A stretch of DNA of 63,026 bases, the filler included, from Bigelowiella natans CCMP2755 (lineage: Eukaryota > Protista > Cercozoa): assembly GCA_000320545.1 (NCBI GenBank). It is 9 parts of 9 records of this genome, joined end to end, with 100 filler letters (N's around TTAATTAATTAA, not from the genome) between each part and the next. Parts side by side here need not be neighbours in the genome. Positions count along the whole stretch, not along the records: positions 9,722 to 22,589 come from ADNK01003377.1; positions 22,690 to 41,797 come from ADNK01000676.1; 7 more parts are not named here. One strand, written 5' to 3'. A model generated the notes under the pieces. It was not told where the DNA came from. It was given only the letters and a program-made list of their open reading frames with translations, and searched no databases. The translations under genes were made by a program, and so were the position numbers. Position 1 is the stretch's first letter; every line of letters starts with the position of its first letter. Of this stretch, positions 13,545 through 31,800 are shown in pieces.

Positions 13545-14413
13545 GTACATATAGACCTAGCACGAAGTTGATAAAGTAGAAATCGCACTCGTCGGCTGTC
13601 CTCATCTGTGTGTGTGTGTGTTGGCGTGTGCGTGCCAAAGCGTTGATCATGAAATCCCATGCAAAACGCCATAACTACGCATCAGCGCACGTCTTCCGCA
13701 TCGACATCACACCTCCCCCCCCTCCTACCCCTATCGGTATAATGTCCAATGAAGCTGCGTAATAGACCATTGTTGTCTGCATTTTTGCGTCTACCTCCTT
13801 CACAGATTGATGCAGCCGCTTCGCCATTCCGATGTTAAGAAAGTGGGCCAGGATTCCTCCAAACGCTTGTTTTCTGCCGGGGAAACATCGTATAACTATC
13901 TAAGTGACCAACAAATTCTCCATGGATAGGGAGAAGTAGGTAACAACGACTAAATCTAGGTACAGGCTGGCTATGAACGACGTTGCCGGGGAATCAAACG
14001 TTCCCCCCTCTCGTTGGGCGGTTGAAAGACTGTCATTTTTCCTTCGGAGAGCAATCATTTGTCCTTACGCTGTATCGAGTGTCCAGGTGTAAAACGAGCG
14101 CGCCTTTACGTCGTCAAATATCCTAAACTTGACCCACAGAGATGCTAAAGCAAGCAATCCTAGTACACCCTTTTACGGGGAGACGCAAATTTAGACGAGC
14201 GAGCCTGTTGTTTCACGTACTCTTACGCCCCCACCCCTCCCTCCCCTCCACATCCATATAATATTTATGATTGTGTGCCTTATGTCTACGATGTAGACGA
14301 CTCGTCATTGCCGAAGGTAGCCAGCTAATCAACTGACACACCTGGATTGCGTAATCGAACGATGAAGTAAACAGTGTGCACTTTGGCGTCTCTCCATGCG
14401 CAAGGTCCATCAT
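11773..14413 (-). CDS. STIMATE/TMEM110-family multi-pass membrane protein, multi-exon
   Basis: Spliced: CTLFTSSFDYAIQ|GVLGLLALASLWVK..RSFYTWTLDTA|KQAFGGILAHFLN..ECDFYFINFVLD|TIFG..GEYGSPPSITVWLYQ..PK|VKLILVMVVAPLVMTSCGFWMVDTWI. These match the family motifs W.LDTSKQ, C..Y.IN..LD, GEYG.PP and VM...P......FW.VD. Confidence 0.85.
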
Positions 14414-14854
14414 TTCCACCTGTGTTGGTGATAAAGACAGCTTTTTCAACGAATCTGCAGAGCAACGACCGGTAGTACGAGGCACTGAATAGCATCTATT
14501 ACCGCTTCGACCAAATGGCCAAGGTTTCTGTCAAATTCCAACGTGCGCATTGCTCGTGTTGTCGTCCGCGCTTAAGACGTTGAGGAAGAAGGAGAATATA
14601 GATGGATCGGGCAGGCTTGTAGGAGAGATTTGAGTGATAAATCTCGCCGCTACAGCCTCGACTAGAGGAAGATCGGGCTCGGGGAGGACGGGGGGGGGAA
14701 GACGCCTCAATCCGAGCAGGTTTTTTTTTTTAAAAAATTCAAAGTTTTCTTGGAATGAGGAAAACAATTGGAAAATGTCGATTTCCTCGAAAAACAGGGT
14801 AAATTGCCTTCATTTTAGGAAGAAGAGAGGAGCATGCACAAGAAAGTGAGTGTC

Positions 14855-15013
14855 GAGAAGACATGCAAGTCGTTTGCCTCCTTGCGACTACCCTTTTGCA
14901 GAAGTTAGACCGAAAGAAGACGGGCACATCGTTTGCCTCCTTGCGACAACCTTTTTGCATGAGTTAAGAGAAGATGTGTAGATCGTTTGCCTCCTTGCGA
15001 CAACTCATTTGCA
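14855..15013. repeat. Three degenerate tandem copies (period 54-59 nt) with the core TCGTTTGCCTCCTTGCGAC
   Basis: Cores begin at 14870, 14929 and 14983. The intervening sequences resemble each other (TTTGCA..GTTA..GAAGA). Confidence 0.8.
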
Positions 15014-16433
15014 ACACGTGCAACTGCCCCTGTGACAGATCTCTGGTTTCACCTGGACCTGACTGACCTGTCTTCTGCAGTTTCAGCCGCCACTGCAAGG
15101 CACCAGCTAGTTGTGACACTCATCACCAGCAGGGTTTTTGACAAGTCCTCACAATGATTTTTGTTGAGGTGCTGCCACACCTGGACGTGCTAGCTTGCAT
15201 GCACACGCTGGAGCTTTGTGTCTCATCTGCACTGTGACATCACGTGGTTCTTCTTGCCAGCTTGCGCACGTGGACTTGCACCAATGCTGACTAGCTGAGT
15301 TCAATGTTCAATGTTCAATTCGGTGTTCAGTGTTCAATGTTTCCATGCTGCACATCCACGCCATTTTTTCACCATCTAGCTCCAGACCATGCTGGCATGC
15401 TGGCATGCGCTGATTTCCACACACATGTGCCAGCGATCGAGTCCAGCTTCGTTGTTTTCTGCTCGAGGCACTACGTTTCGCAAGTGTCGTGCAACACTTT
15501 GGAAGTGTGGTCGATCAACAAAATTTCTTTCTTCCTTTCTTTCCTTCCTTCCAAAGTCGTTCAATCGCTTTCAGACCAACTCACTCCTCCTTCGCTAGCT
15601 TCGGTCCCAGCTGTCTAGGCTGTTGCAACTGGTCCAGTGGTGCACATCACCACCACTGACCAGAGCAGCTGGTTGTGCCAATCAACACCACGTGCACAGA
15701 AATGACGACAAACTAGCAAGTGACACGTTGCAATGAACATGCACATTCACTGCACACGAATTGTGACTGGAACTTGTTTTTTGGTCCCCAACAGAGCACA
15801 GTCGCAATGGAAGCACGTGCCCGCTAGCCCGCAACCCACACTCCCAAGATTTTTCTCAGTGACTCCTCACGCACGCCTGACTGCATCAGCTAGCGCAGCC
15901 ACAGTGGTGCCGGACATGTCATGAACTCAGGACGACGTCCAGACGTGCACAACGCGGCAGGCTAGCAGTGCGCACTGACAGCATGTGCAGTTTGTGATTT
16001 CATCATCAATCAGCATGCTAGCTGGCAGTTCAAAGCTCTTGATGAGGTTTACGAAATCATGTTCCGCCGATTGCAAGTCGTAGGCATTGCTCAAGTGTCA
16101 CATGCGTTGGGTCCCTTGCAGTTCTAGAGTTGGGTGCATGCGAAAAATGGCGTGAACACGGCAAGCTGCCCAATCGGAAAGCATTCCCCCGCCATCACAT
16201 CTGAGTGATGAGACAGACGTTGCGCAACACAAAACCCATCAATGGTTTGCGATGTTCAACAGCACACGTCTAGACGTCACCATCGATCATCATGAACTGC
16301 GAAGACGTTGCCCAACTAGCCAAACGCGTCGATTTTTTTACAGTTTCAAACTTGCGATGCACATTCTAGATGTGCATGTGGGCGCAAACGTTGTCATGTG
16401 ATCATTGACATGATGCCAATCACAAAACCCATC

Positions 16434-16440
<7 letters not shown>
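15001..16440. other. TpA-depleted, CTAG-retaining degenerate tract (probable decayed repeat)
   Basis: Manual count of about 19 TpA in 1440 nt, about 15 of them in CTAG. Confidence 0.85.
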
Positions 16441-22214
<5,774 letters not shown>

Positions 22215-22807
22215 TGGTGGTAAGCGATCCCATATTTGACGCAAAACAACAAGTAACAAATGTAGGCAATATCAACAACTATCCTCAATAATTAATTTCT
22301 GCGAGTCGTTCATTACCCACCTCAACCCAAATCCATACCAAAGTTCTTTTGTGCTCTTTCCTACTCAATGTTACTACTACCACTACTTATACTACTTCCC
22401 AGGTTGCCGTTTCTGCAACTCTCTACCCAATCCTGCTACAGCTCCTAATCCTCCTACACTCCACTTGACACTCAATGCTACTACTACTACTACTACTACT
22501 ACTGCTTCTTCTATTAATCCTCCTACTGCTGAAAATTAATCTCAATTCAACACTACCATCATTCACCCAATGCTGCAACTACAGCTCGTNNNNNNNNNNN
22601 NNNNNNNNNNNNNNNNNNNNNNNNNNNNNNNNNTTAATTAATTAANNNNNNNNNNNNNNNNNNNNNNNNNNNNNNNNNNNNNNNNNNNNATTTATTAGCC
22701 TTCCGTAATCACGCCGCATATGCCCAGTGCAATGATGACTGCGAATTGAAGAGCTTGGTTTTGATTAAAAGAGGCGCACAATTTCGGTATCCGCACCAAG
22801 AACCTCT

Positions 22808-23072
22808 CTATGCGCGTTCGCGAGATCTGTAATTCGCATGTTGCATGCTGCTGCTTTGCATAGCTACATTAGGATGACCAATGAAAAAATCTGATGTTGT
22901 GTTGCTGGGAAGGTCGCACTTTGTGGTGTGCGCAGTCGGTTTGTCGAGCCAGATGTATGTGTCCGCCTCCGTGGAGTTCTGATAGCCTGGCGTGCGAGAA
23001 GAAAATTGGTCAGGTTGTCGGAGAAGAGGGGGGGCTGGTTGCCATGTCTGAGGTGGCATGATTTCTCGAAGG

Positions 23073-23109
<37 letters not shown>

Positions 23110-24412
23110 AGACACACACACACACCTGTACTAAGAAAGAGAGAGGAGGGGGGGTGGAGGGGTGGAGACTCGTGCCAAACTTGTAGTTCGAAGTGTTTTT
23201 TGGGGGAAATATACAAATTGAGGGATTTATACAAAAAGATCTTCATACTGCGGGCCATCTGGTGAGGGGTCATGCTCCGAAAGAATGTCGCATTTCTCCT
23301 TTTTTTTAAACAATCAAGGTGCAGCAGCCGGGAGTCAGCACACATACATTCTTGGCAAACGATCTTGCTGGTGCTGGGCATGTGCTACTACTCAGAGATA
23401 TATGTTCGCAAATCTGTAATTTGATCTTATGTGAGGAGTTTGAACCAGAGGACGAAGCCGCTGTAGCCCTTTCGTTCGCAAGCCTTCATACTCTCGGAAA
23501 GGTGTAGATCGTCGTCGTAACCGTCCTCGATGCTATCACCTTGCCTCCACAGCACCTGTGATGTGCAGACATTCAGAGTCCTGTAACTCAAACGAGCAAA
23601 AATTTCAAAAGTTTCGTAGGTGAGAACAAGGGCAATGGGCAATACTTACCCCCCTTTCCCCCCCCCCCCCCCCCCTCCCCGACCCGCTCTCCCTTCTTCT
23701 GCGCGCACAACCTACGACCTCTGCATCCTGTCCGTACCCAGAGTCGCAATTTGGAATTTTAATCTGGCAACATGGCGGTGAGGATGGGGGTCGAATGTTC
23801 AACAGAAGGACGTTAAGGGCGGAAGCGAGTTTCGTTGTGCGGTGCAGTTTTGTCATTTATTTAGTAAAGTTGGTAGGTACCCATCCTTTCCGACCGGTGG
23901 CCGTAGCCCCTTCCAAACTGAGGTAGTCTGCGGGTTTTCGAAAGTTGCGCGTCATTGTGTCGATTTGGTTAAGCATGGCCCATGCAGCCATGGATGCGTT
24001 CAAAAAAGGAAGGGGGGCGATGTGCATTAAACAACGTCACCGCTGTTGCGAGGATTATCCGGCAGACGATGTCTCCTGATATGTAAGTGATAAAGTATGA
24101 CACGGATATCCGATGTTCCGAGGGAAGGGACAGACACGCATGTCGCTCACTGCCGCAAACTGTTACCACATTTGATAGTTCCTATTTTCGACGTATCTAG
24201 GATCCACCGGCACGAGTCGAGTAGATCCACAGGGAGCAGTCGGCACCTGTCCACGTACCATTCTCAGCCCACGCTGTGATTTTCGGAACGACGGCCTGGC
24301 AAACCTGCGAGTGCTCTGGCTGCGAGAGACGGGGAACCTGCCTGGGAACCAATCCAGTTCGGAAGAGCAAAGTTGTTAGGGTTGCAATAACCGCGAATGC
24401 TCGCTGCCGCAT
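22808..24412 (-). CDS. Hypothetical multi-exon protein, possibly secreted
   Basis: Hydrophobic N-terminus (MRQRAFAVIATLTTLLF) and exon-like frames such as VLWRQGDSIEDGYDDDLHLSESMKACERKGYSGFVLW. No family recognised. Confidence 0.35.
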
Positions 24413-25184
24413 GCTGTAGCACAGCCACAAGGGCTTCGCCCTGGGAGCCGCTGAGAGGGAAATTGGGCCGAGTTACGATTTTTCCCCAGGAGTGTTGACA
24501 TCGGGTATTTATCCTAGATATTCATTTTCGGAAAAGGATATTTCTTGCTTTTATTCCCCGCAACATATCCGAATTTGAAAAGATAGAAATCCGAAATACA
24601 GGTCATATATCGGGATCGATTTTGTCCAAATGTTGCCCCCCGCACAGAAATTTCCAACTGAGCGACATGGTCAATCTTGCTATGAGACGATGATTTCAGA
24701 GTGCGTAAGAGCATCCCGAGAAAGCCATTAGACTGAAAAACAATACTATTTTGAACAAAAATTGTCATTTTCCCATGTCTTTCTTTTGAAAAGAGATGAT
24801 CAACTTCTCCTGCGCAGTACACAAATCCTGAAAAATATGGCGGTGAGGAAGCCTTGCGAATGAGTCCGCAGAATGTGGGAGGGGAACGCGTGAAAGCATG
24901 CTGTGCAGATGAAGATTTTGGGGGATTAGTTTTCTCTCAATGATAATTTGAGGATGATGCTCGATGTTAGACTTGGATTTTAATTCGATGTGATAATTTT
25001 GGAGATGGCAGAGACGCCGTATGTGTAATGTTCCTCTGAAGGAAACCAATTTTCCCACTGAGCTGCATCGAAACAGTTCCAATGAAAAATTGGTTTTCAT
25101 GGAAATAATTTCAACACCAAAATAGTATGATTTGAGCGGGAATCGGAGAGCATATAAGAATTAACTCATAAAAAATTGGAAGAG

Positions 25185-25556
25185 ATGAGGCGTACATGAA
25201 ATTTCGCATTCTCCCTTCATGTTGACGAATTACATCCTATCAATCAAAATTCAATTGTGACTCTGTAGACTGTACCAGTGAACCCAAAGCCATTTCTTAA
25301 CGACCTCACTGGGAAACCCGTGGTTGCGAAACTGAAATGGGGAATGGAGTACAAAGGTAACACTTCTCAAGGGCCACACATATGAAATACACTTCAATCG
25401 TTTCATATTTTATCTCAATTCTATTTGTTTGCAATAGGTTTTCTTGTGTCCGTAGATGCGTACATGAATCTTCAGCTTGCTAGTACGGAGGAATGGATCG
25501 ATGGACAATCTGCGGGAACTCTAGGCGAAGTCCTTATAAGGTGATATCGCGGGGAC

Positions 25557-25595
<39 letters not shown>

Positions 25596-25630
25596 TTTAT
25601 TGCGTAGCTCTCTCTCTCTCCCTCTCTCTC

Positions 25631-25680
<50 letters not shown>

Positions 25681-25840
25681 CGTCACATGAATAATGTATA
25701 TTATGAACACAACCATGCCATTGGTACGAATATCAAAATCGGTATACTGTCGCAGATGCAACAATGTCTTGTACATTCGTGGTGTACCTGAGGATGATGA
25801 GAAGAAGGAGAAAATGGACATGGATGATGGCAAGGAGTAG
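25185..25840 (+). CDS. SNRPF: Small nuclear ribonucleoprotein SmF
   Basis: [26 protein letters not shown]|[34 protein letters not shown]|CNNVLYIRG, stop TAG 25838-25840. The exact start codon and first intron are uncertain. Confidence 0.95.
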
Positions 25841-27759
25841 TTTCAAAAGCTCATTTGCCACGTAATTGTAATGTTACTGGTAGTCATGACGACGATCGAG
25901 GTGTATTTTAAAATCTTAATTAATCTGTGCGCTTAGATGCTTACTATGTCAAATGCAATGTGATATGTGTGCATTGTGTATGGAATATGCGTACGGCGTA
26001 AGTGTGCATAAAAATAAACACACTCAGCGATGCACATTGCTAAACGCACGCTACGTACGTTGATGTGTCTATGCTATCGCTAGTATGTTTATTCCTGCAA
26101 CACAAAACATGTTTTGTCTGACTAAACCGATACCACAATTAATGTGTGCATGCATGCGAGCAATAATAAAGAGAGAAATAAAGGGCTGCGCATCTGCGCA
26201 TGCATTACATGCTATGCGCTGCGATGCTACCTAGCTACACCAATCTAGTGTGTGTGAGCCTATAAGCCGCTCGCTAGCTAGCTCGCATCGTGCAGCACAT
26301 ACATCGATCTCTGCCTGCATGGATCTACTACTAGTCTATATACTTAGCTAGATGCGATCGAACCTAGCTAGCTAGCAGCGTGCTGTACGTACATGCTGCA
26401 TGTGAATGAAAAGAACTCTAGCTGTGGTGCATATCTAGATATGCAGCTAGTAGCCGCAGATCCACACGGCATATATTAGTCGCCAAGTAAGGTGCATAGC
26501 ACGTACAATACGTGCGCCTCGCATATGTGGCCACGATAATCACGGCCGCAAAAGCAAGCTAGACGAAGTACATGTTTGTACGTGTGTGCCACTGTACGTT
26601 CATCAGATGTAGAAAGTAGTGTTATACGCGCAGCTAGCTTTATTTGTTGCAGCCAACGTCGTTCACGCGATGTGGAATGAACATGGTCTCAGCCCTTACA
26701 CATTCATCTTGTCTGCATAATTTACGCAGTAGCTGTGGACATTTCATATCGGCTAATTCCGGTGTTTAATTTTTACATCTGCTTCGTGGGAAGAGGACTG
26801 CAGTATTCACCCCATTCAGGCACACTGAACATCTCACAACAGTGTCTAACCGCATAAAATTTCCTTTGATTTCTGAAGGTGGCGTGGCATTCCCTTCTCC
26901 CTGATGTAAGTCACTCCAAAAGCCGAAATTTAGTTAGAGCGCTTCTTACGCTTTCTGCGTTTGCGTTTCAATCGGCGGATTCGCTTCTTGTGCCATTTAC
27001 GGCGCATAGTCTGATCCAAAAAAATAAGAATTTACTACAAGGAAGCAAGTGCAACGTAAACCCATTCAAGCCCTAAATTCGTCTCTCCAACTATGAAAAC
27101 TGATTTGTTCGATTACCCACAAATTAGAAGCAATCATTTTGTGGGCTCGACATTTGGAAATGAGAATATGAACCCAAATTAATATTATGCCGCCAAGCAC
27201 ATGGCCTTGCATCCTAGGCTCTCTAGAACTATGGAAATCTTTCTTTCGGTGGAAATATTGGAAAGTCTCTGCAGACGTTGCGTATTAAACGCATATTAAA
27301 TAAATATTGCTTAAGCTAGAAAGGAAAAGGAAAGGGTAGAGGGCCTACATGTCTATGAGCCTTCATGATGAAGTATATAGCTTTAACTTTCAGACTCAAG
27401 TTGACAACTCGATGAGACACTGGAGAATTTGAATGCACTATTTTACGTATTTTTGACAGATTCCTAAGTCTCTATGTAAAATTAAACGGAATTTTAAATA
27501 TAGATACAGGAAATTGAGCATTGTGAACAACCACACGCACTAATCGGAGAATTTCACAATTTTTTTAAGGCCTGGAAAGAGTGTGCGATTTCAAAATTGT
27601 TACTAAATGATGACGATTTCGAATTTTATTTCTCAAATACGATGTCGTTTTGTGTAAAATAGTCATCTAAATCGCCGATCACCCGCTCGGATGGCTTCTG
27701 TTTTGAAAATTCAAGTCGGAAGTCTAATTTGCACTTCATTTTTGAAATGTGATCGTACG

Positions 27760-28474
27760 ACAACAATTGTGGCGTTGCAATTTTGGAACTCCACCAACTC
27801 GTTCGTTCGGCACAGGCCTTGAGCAAGCTCTCTTTTCCTGTTTTGTTCTTCTTCTGCATCTGCATTCTTCTTCTCCATCATCATCATGTTCTTCATTCGT
27901 CGATTTGTTCAGCCAAGCAACGCATGCACACCCAAACACCCAAACGTCAGCTTGGCGTCCCAAACGCGGAACTGCACCGACAAGTCTGTTCGTGGTGTTG
28001 TGTCCGTGGAAATCCTGTTTGGCAGTTCAAAGTGCACGAAAGGCCTGGACGAAAAAAACTGGGAAACGATGGTTGGTGCGCAACTGGCATGTCCGGAATG
28101 TCTCCGGCAGCAGTCACCACGTCACAGCGCTGGACAGTGGCGGAAGCGTCACGTCACGGTCCACGCGTTTCCAGGTCCAGACGTGAAATTGCTTGTCTTG
28201 CGAAAGCACGATGCACGCCTGCCACGTGTACACGTCCAGAAGTGAGAGCTCTGCACACCACATCATGGCGTGCAGGGGCTCTCACTTTGTTGATTGTGGA
28301 AAGAGGTTCAAGACACACAGACGATGAGGCACTCATCCCAGCTAGCCAGTGCCCATGAAGTCGTGCGAAGTTGGTTGCGATTGCGCGGAACTGCTGAGGC
28401 TGCTCAGAAAGTCAAACGAAACTTTGCCTTGGCCTCAGGTCAGAATTGACAAATCAATTGCTCGAAGTCGCGAA
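27760..28474. other. TpA-depleted tract that received the Gypsy insertion and continues at 34190-34385
   Basis: Only 2 TpA in about 715 nt (one GTAC, one CTAG). The right flank has 3 TpA in about 195 nt, all in CTAG. Confidence 0.85.
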
Positions 28475-28800
28475 TGTTGCGCGTAAGGTGTTCACAGGCC
28501 GAGGCGCTACGTGCACAAGTAGGCAGGGGGGGGGAAAGGCACGTTTGCTTCCTTTTGAAGAGTTGTGTTTATTTTTATTAAAGATTATATTTTTATTAAA
28601 TCGTGCACTGCGTAATCATTCGCGAAGCTTTCGCGAATGCCGCCGCACGTGGGGCAGCACACTTCCGGTGTGCTGCCATGAGTCCCGCCGGAACCCACGT
28701 GCCTATGCTGTATTAATATCTACGTTATCTATATTCTATATCCGCGACAACCCCTTTGTTGTCGCACGTGACTTGTGCCCGCGTAGTGGTACGCGCTACA
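28475..28800 (-). repeat. 3' LTR
   Basis: TGTTGCGCGTA...TACGCGCTACA (terminal inverted repeat, 10/11 match); direct repeat of 33864-34189. Confidence 0.97.
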
Positions 28801-28810
28801 CCTCCCCCAA
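28801..28810 (-). promoter_or_regulatory. Polypurine tract
   Basis: GGGGGAGG on the minus strand immediately before the 3' LTR. Confidence 0.8.
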
Positions 28811-28851
28811 GTCACGTTGCTCCTTCCTTCCTTCCTTATTCCCTTAGACCT

Positions 28852-31800
28852 TCATCGCTTTCGGAACTTCACCAACCACCAGGTAATAGATTCCTCTCTA
28901 ACCTTATCTCCTTTGTCGCTTACCCAGAACTCACCTTCGTCCTTAGGTTCGTGTCCATACCAGCCCTCTGCATCAAGGTCCCCCAGGACCTTATACCAGT
29001 GCTCAAAGGGTAAGTCGGGAACAGCTAGGTAGAGTAGCTGATATTTTCCGTCCTTTATTTTCATAGCTACCCTCTCCATATTTCGTAATCCAGGGTAGCC
29101 TAGATAGACAATCTTCATGCGCCAATCGTCGTTCACCCTGACCTTATTGTTTCCATATTCCACATCGAACTTAGGTCGGGGTCCTAAACAAGGCATTGCT
29201 CGCTCCCACACAGTAGGGTTTACTTTAACATCCTCTAGGAGCTTCTCACCGATATCATAATTCTTTAGGTGACTGATGTGGCGCAAGGTGACCCTGTTCC
29301 CATCATAGATGTAGTACTGCTTCCTCCCCTTCCTCTCGGTAACCTTTGCAACGCCACCCCAGAAGGGGTCTTGTTTATTTCTCGATCTCAGATTTACCTT
29401 GGCCCTAACATACTGTCCTTCCTTTAGAACTCGGCCATCGTACGGGACCTTCTCGTCTTCGCTCTCGGTATCGTCGTCGTTGTCGTCGCCTTCTTCCCTC
29501 TCCTTATCCTTGATACCTCCCCCAGACGTGAAGGTGTCGTTTACTAACCCTTGTATCTTGTCTGGTGTGGTGCTATTTATCCTGCTTAGGTTGGCCAAGG
29601 TGCGGTGGAGTCGCTCTACCTTGGAGTTGGACTGGGCATAGTATACAGGTGAGGCATCAATATTAGGGTGTGGTAGCTGTAGAAGAGAGGTCTCATTATC
29701 CACATGTAACTTCTTTGGTATCTTGTTTATGCTAACTTCATCAGGGATAGCCTGGAGCTCAGACTCCCAGGTACGGTAGCAGTTAGTAAGCCTCTGCTTA
29801 TATAAGCCTTTGTTCTTCTTAGCAACGTTGACCTTGATAATCTTTTTAACCCAGCACTTTCCAGTGGCCACATCAACGAAGGTAAGGTAGTGATAGCCAT
29901 CGTACTTATAAACATCAATTTGCACGATATCTAAGAAGTTCCTTGCTTTGATTTTCTTAGATGCACGGCTCTTGCTGGACTCCTTGGTGGCGACGCCTGC
30001 CGCCTTCAAGCTGGAGCACCTGCAGCCACGCAGGTATGTCCTTATCTCTTTTAGCTTGTAGGGCCAGTAGTAATGGTAGAGTAGAGCAGTGATATGGTTT
30101 TCTCCTACGTGTGCAGGTCCATGGGCGGTAAAGAGAAGGGCTCCCCTGGTCCGCCGTGGCACGTAGGTACGCCTAACATTATTAGTGTATACATATATCC
30201 TATCACTAAGTACCTCATGCTTGTGTTTGTATTTATCCAGGTGTTCTTGAAGGTGCTGGAGCTCCTCTGGCTCAGGCAGGAAGTCGCCGTCCTCGAAGGT
30301 AATCGCGTTAACCATAGGGGTGACCTGGGTAGGGACTTTCTTTTCGAACAGCCTGCTGAAATAGTCAGCAAGCTGCTTGTCTCCTGGTGCGTAGACCACT
30401 GTCCTCTTGTCCCTAAACTCTTCCGTGTCCGCCCTCATAGCTGCATACTCATCGTTAGGCGCTTCGAGCTTGCGGTCGATGCCTAGGAGGGGCTTGTGGT
30501 CAGTCATTAAGGTGAAGCTGGGCACCGACAGCAGGTAGTATCTTAGTTTCCTCTGCGCCTCAGTCATGGCTTTATACTCTCCTTTTGTAGGGCTGTACTT
30601 GGCCTCAGCTGCTGTGCAGGCCCTGCCCCACACCCGTATGATCTGCTGGTCTTGGGTAAGTACAGCAGCCATACCTAGCTTAGACCAGTCTGTCCATAGG
30701 GTAGCTGGTCTAGTAGTGTCTAGCTTAGCATTCAATAGGGTGTTGCTGCATAACTTTATTAGGTTATCGAAGTGGGCATCAAGGCCAGCCTTGGCCCACA
30801 CCTTAGCGAAGCTGAGGCCTACAGAGTTCTCCTTCCGGTAAGCAGTAGTAAAAGCAGCTGCAGTCCTAGCGTAGGTAGGGGAGAACCTACGTAGTATCCA
30901 AGCTGCAGTCTGCAAGAATGACTTTAACTCCTTTGCATTCTTAGGTTTAGGGGCTTGCTGTAGTGCTGCTACTTTCTCGGGGTTTGGGGTGATGCGGCCT
31001 TGCTCCAGGTAATATCCACACCACTTGATTCTTGTAGCTAGGAATGTACACTTCTGCAGTCTAATAGTAAAACCGAAGTGTGCAAACCTAATAAATATAT
31101 TTTCCAGGAGGAAGATCTGAGCGACGACTGTGTTGGTACATATTATGTCATCATCCACATACACAAACACAAACACCCACAACACAGACGCCATCCCATC
31201 ATGTGTGTATGCCCTGTAGTTCTGACTACTGAACGCATCCCCTGATATGCTTAGGCCGTAAGGGAATACGACGAAGTGCCACTTCCTGTGCCTGCTGGAG
31301 AACGCGGTAATGGGGCGGGAGGTTTTGTGGATGGGTGTCTGCATGTATGATTCATTTTTATCTAGGGAAGAGTAGTATTTGTATCCTATGACGTGTTCAA
31401 TAACGTCATCTATCCTTGGTGTAGGTGTCTGGATCCTCTTTATTACTCGGTTGTGGCGGATGAAGTTGTGCGCCAGGCGGAAGAAAGGGTAAGTAGGTTT
31501 CTTAGCTAGCACATGTCTCACGTTCCATGGTGAGTTGCTTGGCTCTATCTTCCCTTCCTTTGCCCATTCATTGATCTGCCACTCTATCTTTTCCCAGTCC
31601 GCTTCCGGTCGCCTATGTTCTGGGTCATTGATGATGCACTCTTCGTATCCCTTCTTTAGCTCGATCTTTACTGGGGTAAGCTTGCTGGAGGGCTTCGTCG
31701 TCGGCTTGGTGATGTCAGAGTACTTCTCGTTTAATATTTTATTAATGTACTTTTTGCCTTTGTCGATATCCCAATCATCAGCTGGGGGGGTCTTGTCCAG

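Noticed and set aside
14855-15013. CRISPR-like repeat-spacer appearance
   Set aside because: Only three copies, the spacers resemble one another, there are no cas genes, and the context is eukaryotic. It is a degenerate tandem repeat.
28646-28701. Hammerhead-ribozyme-like three-way junction in the LTR (ATGAGTCC..GGA)
   Set aside because: It lacks the CUGANGA and GAAA catalytic core and lies on the non-genomic strand.
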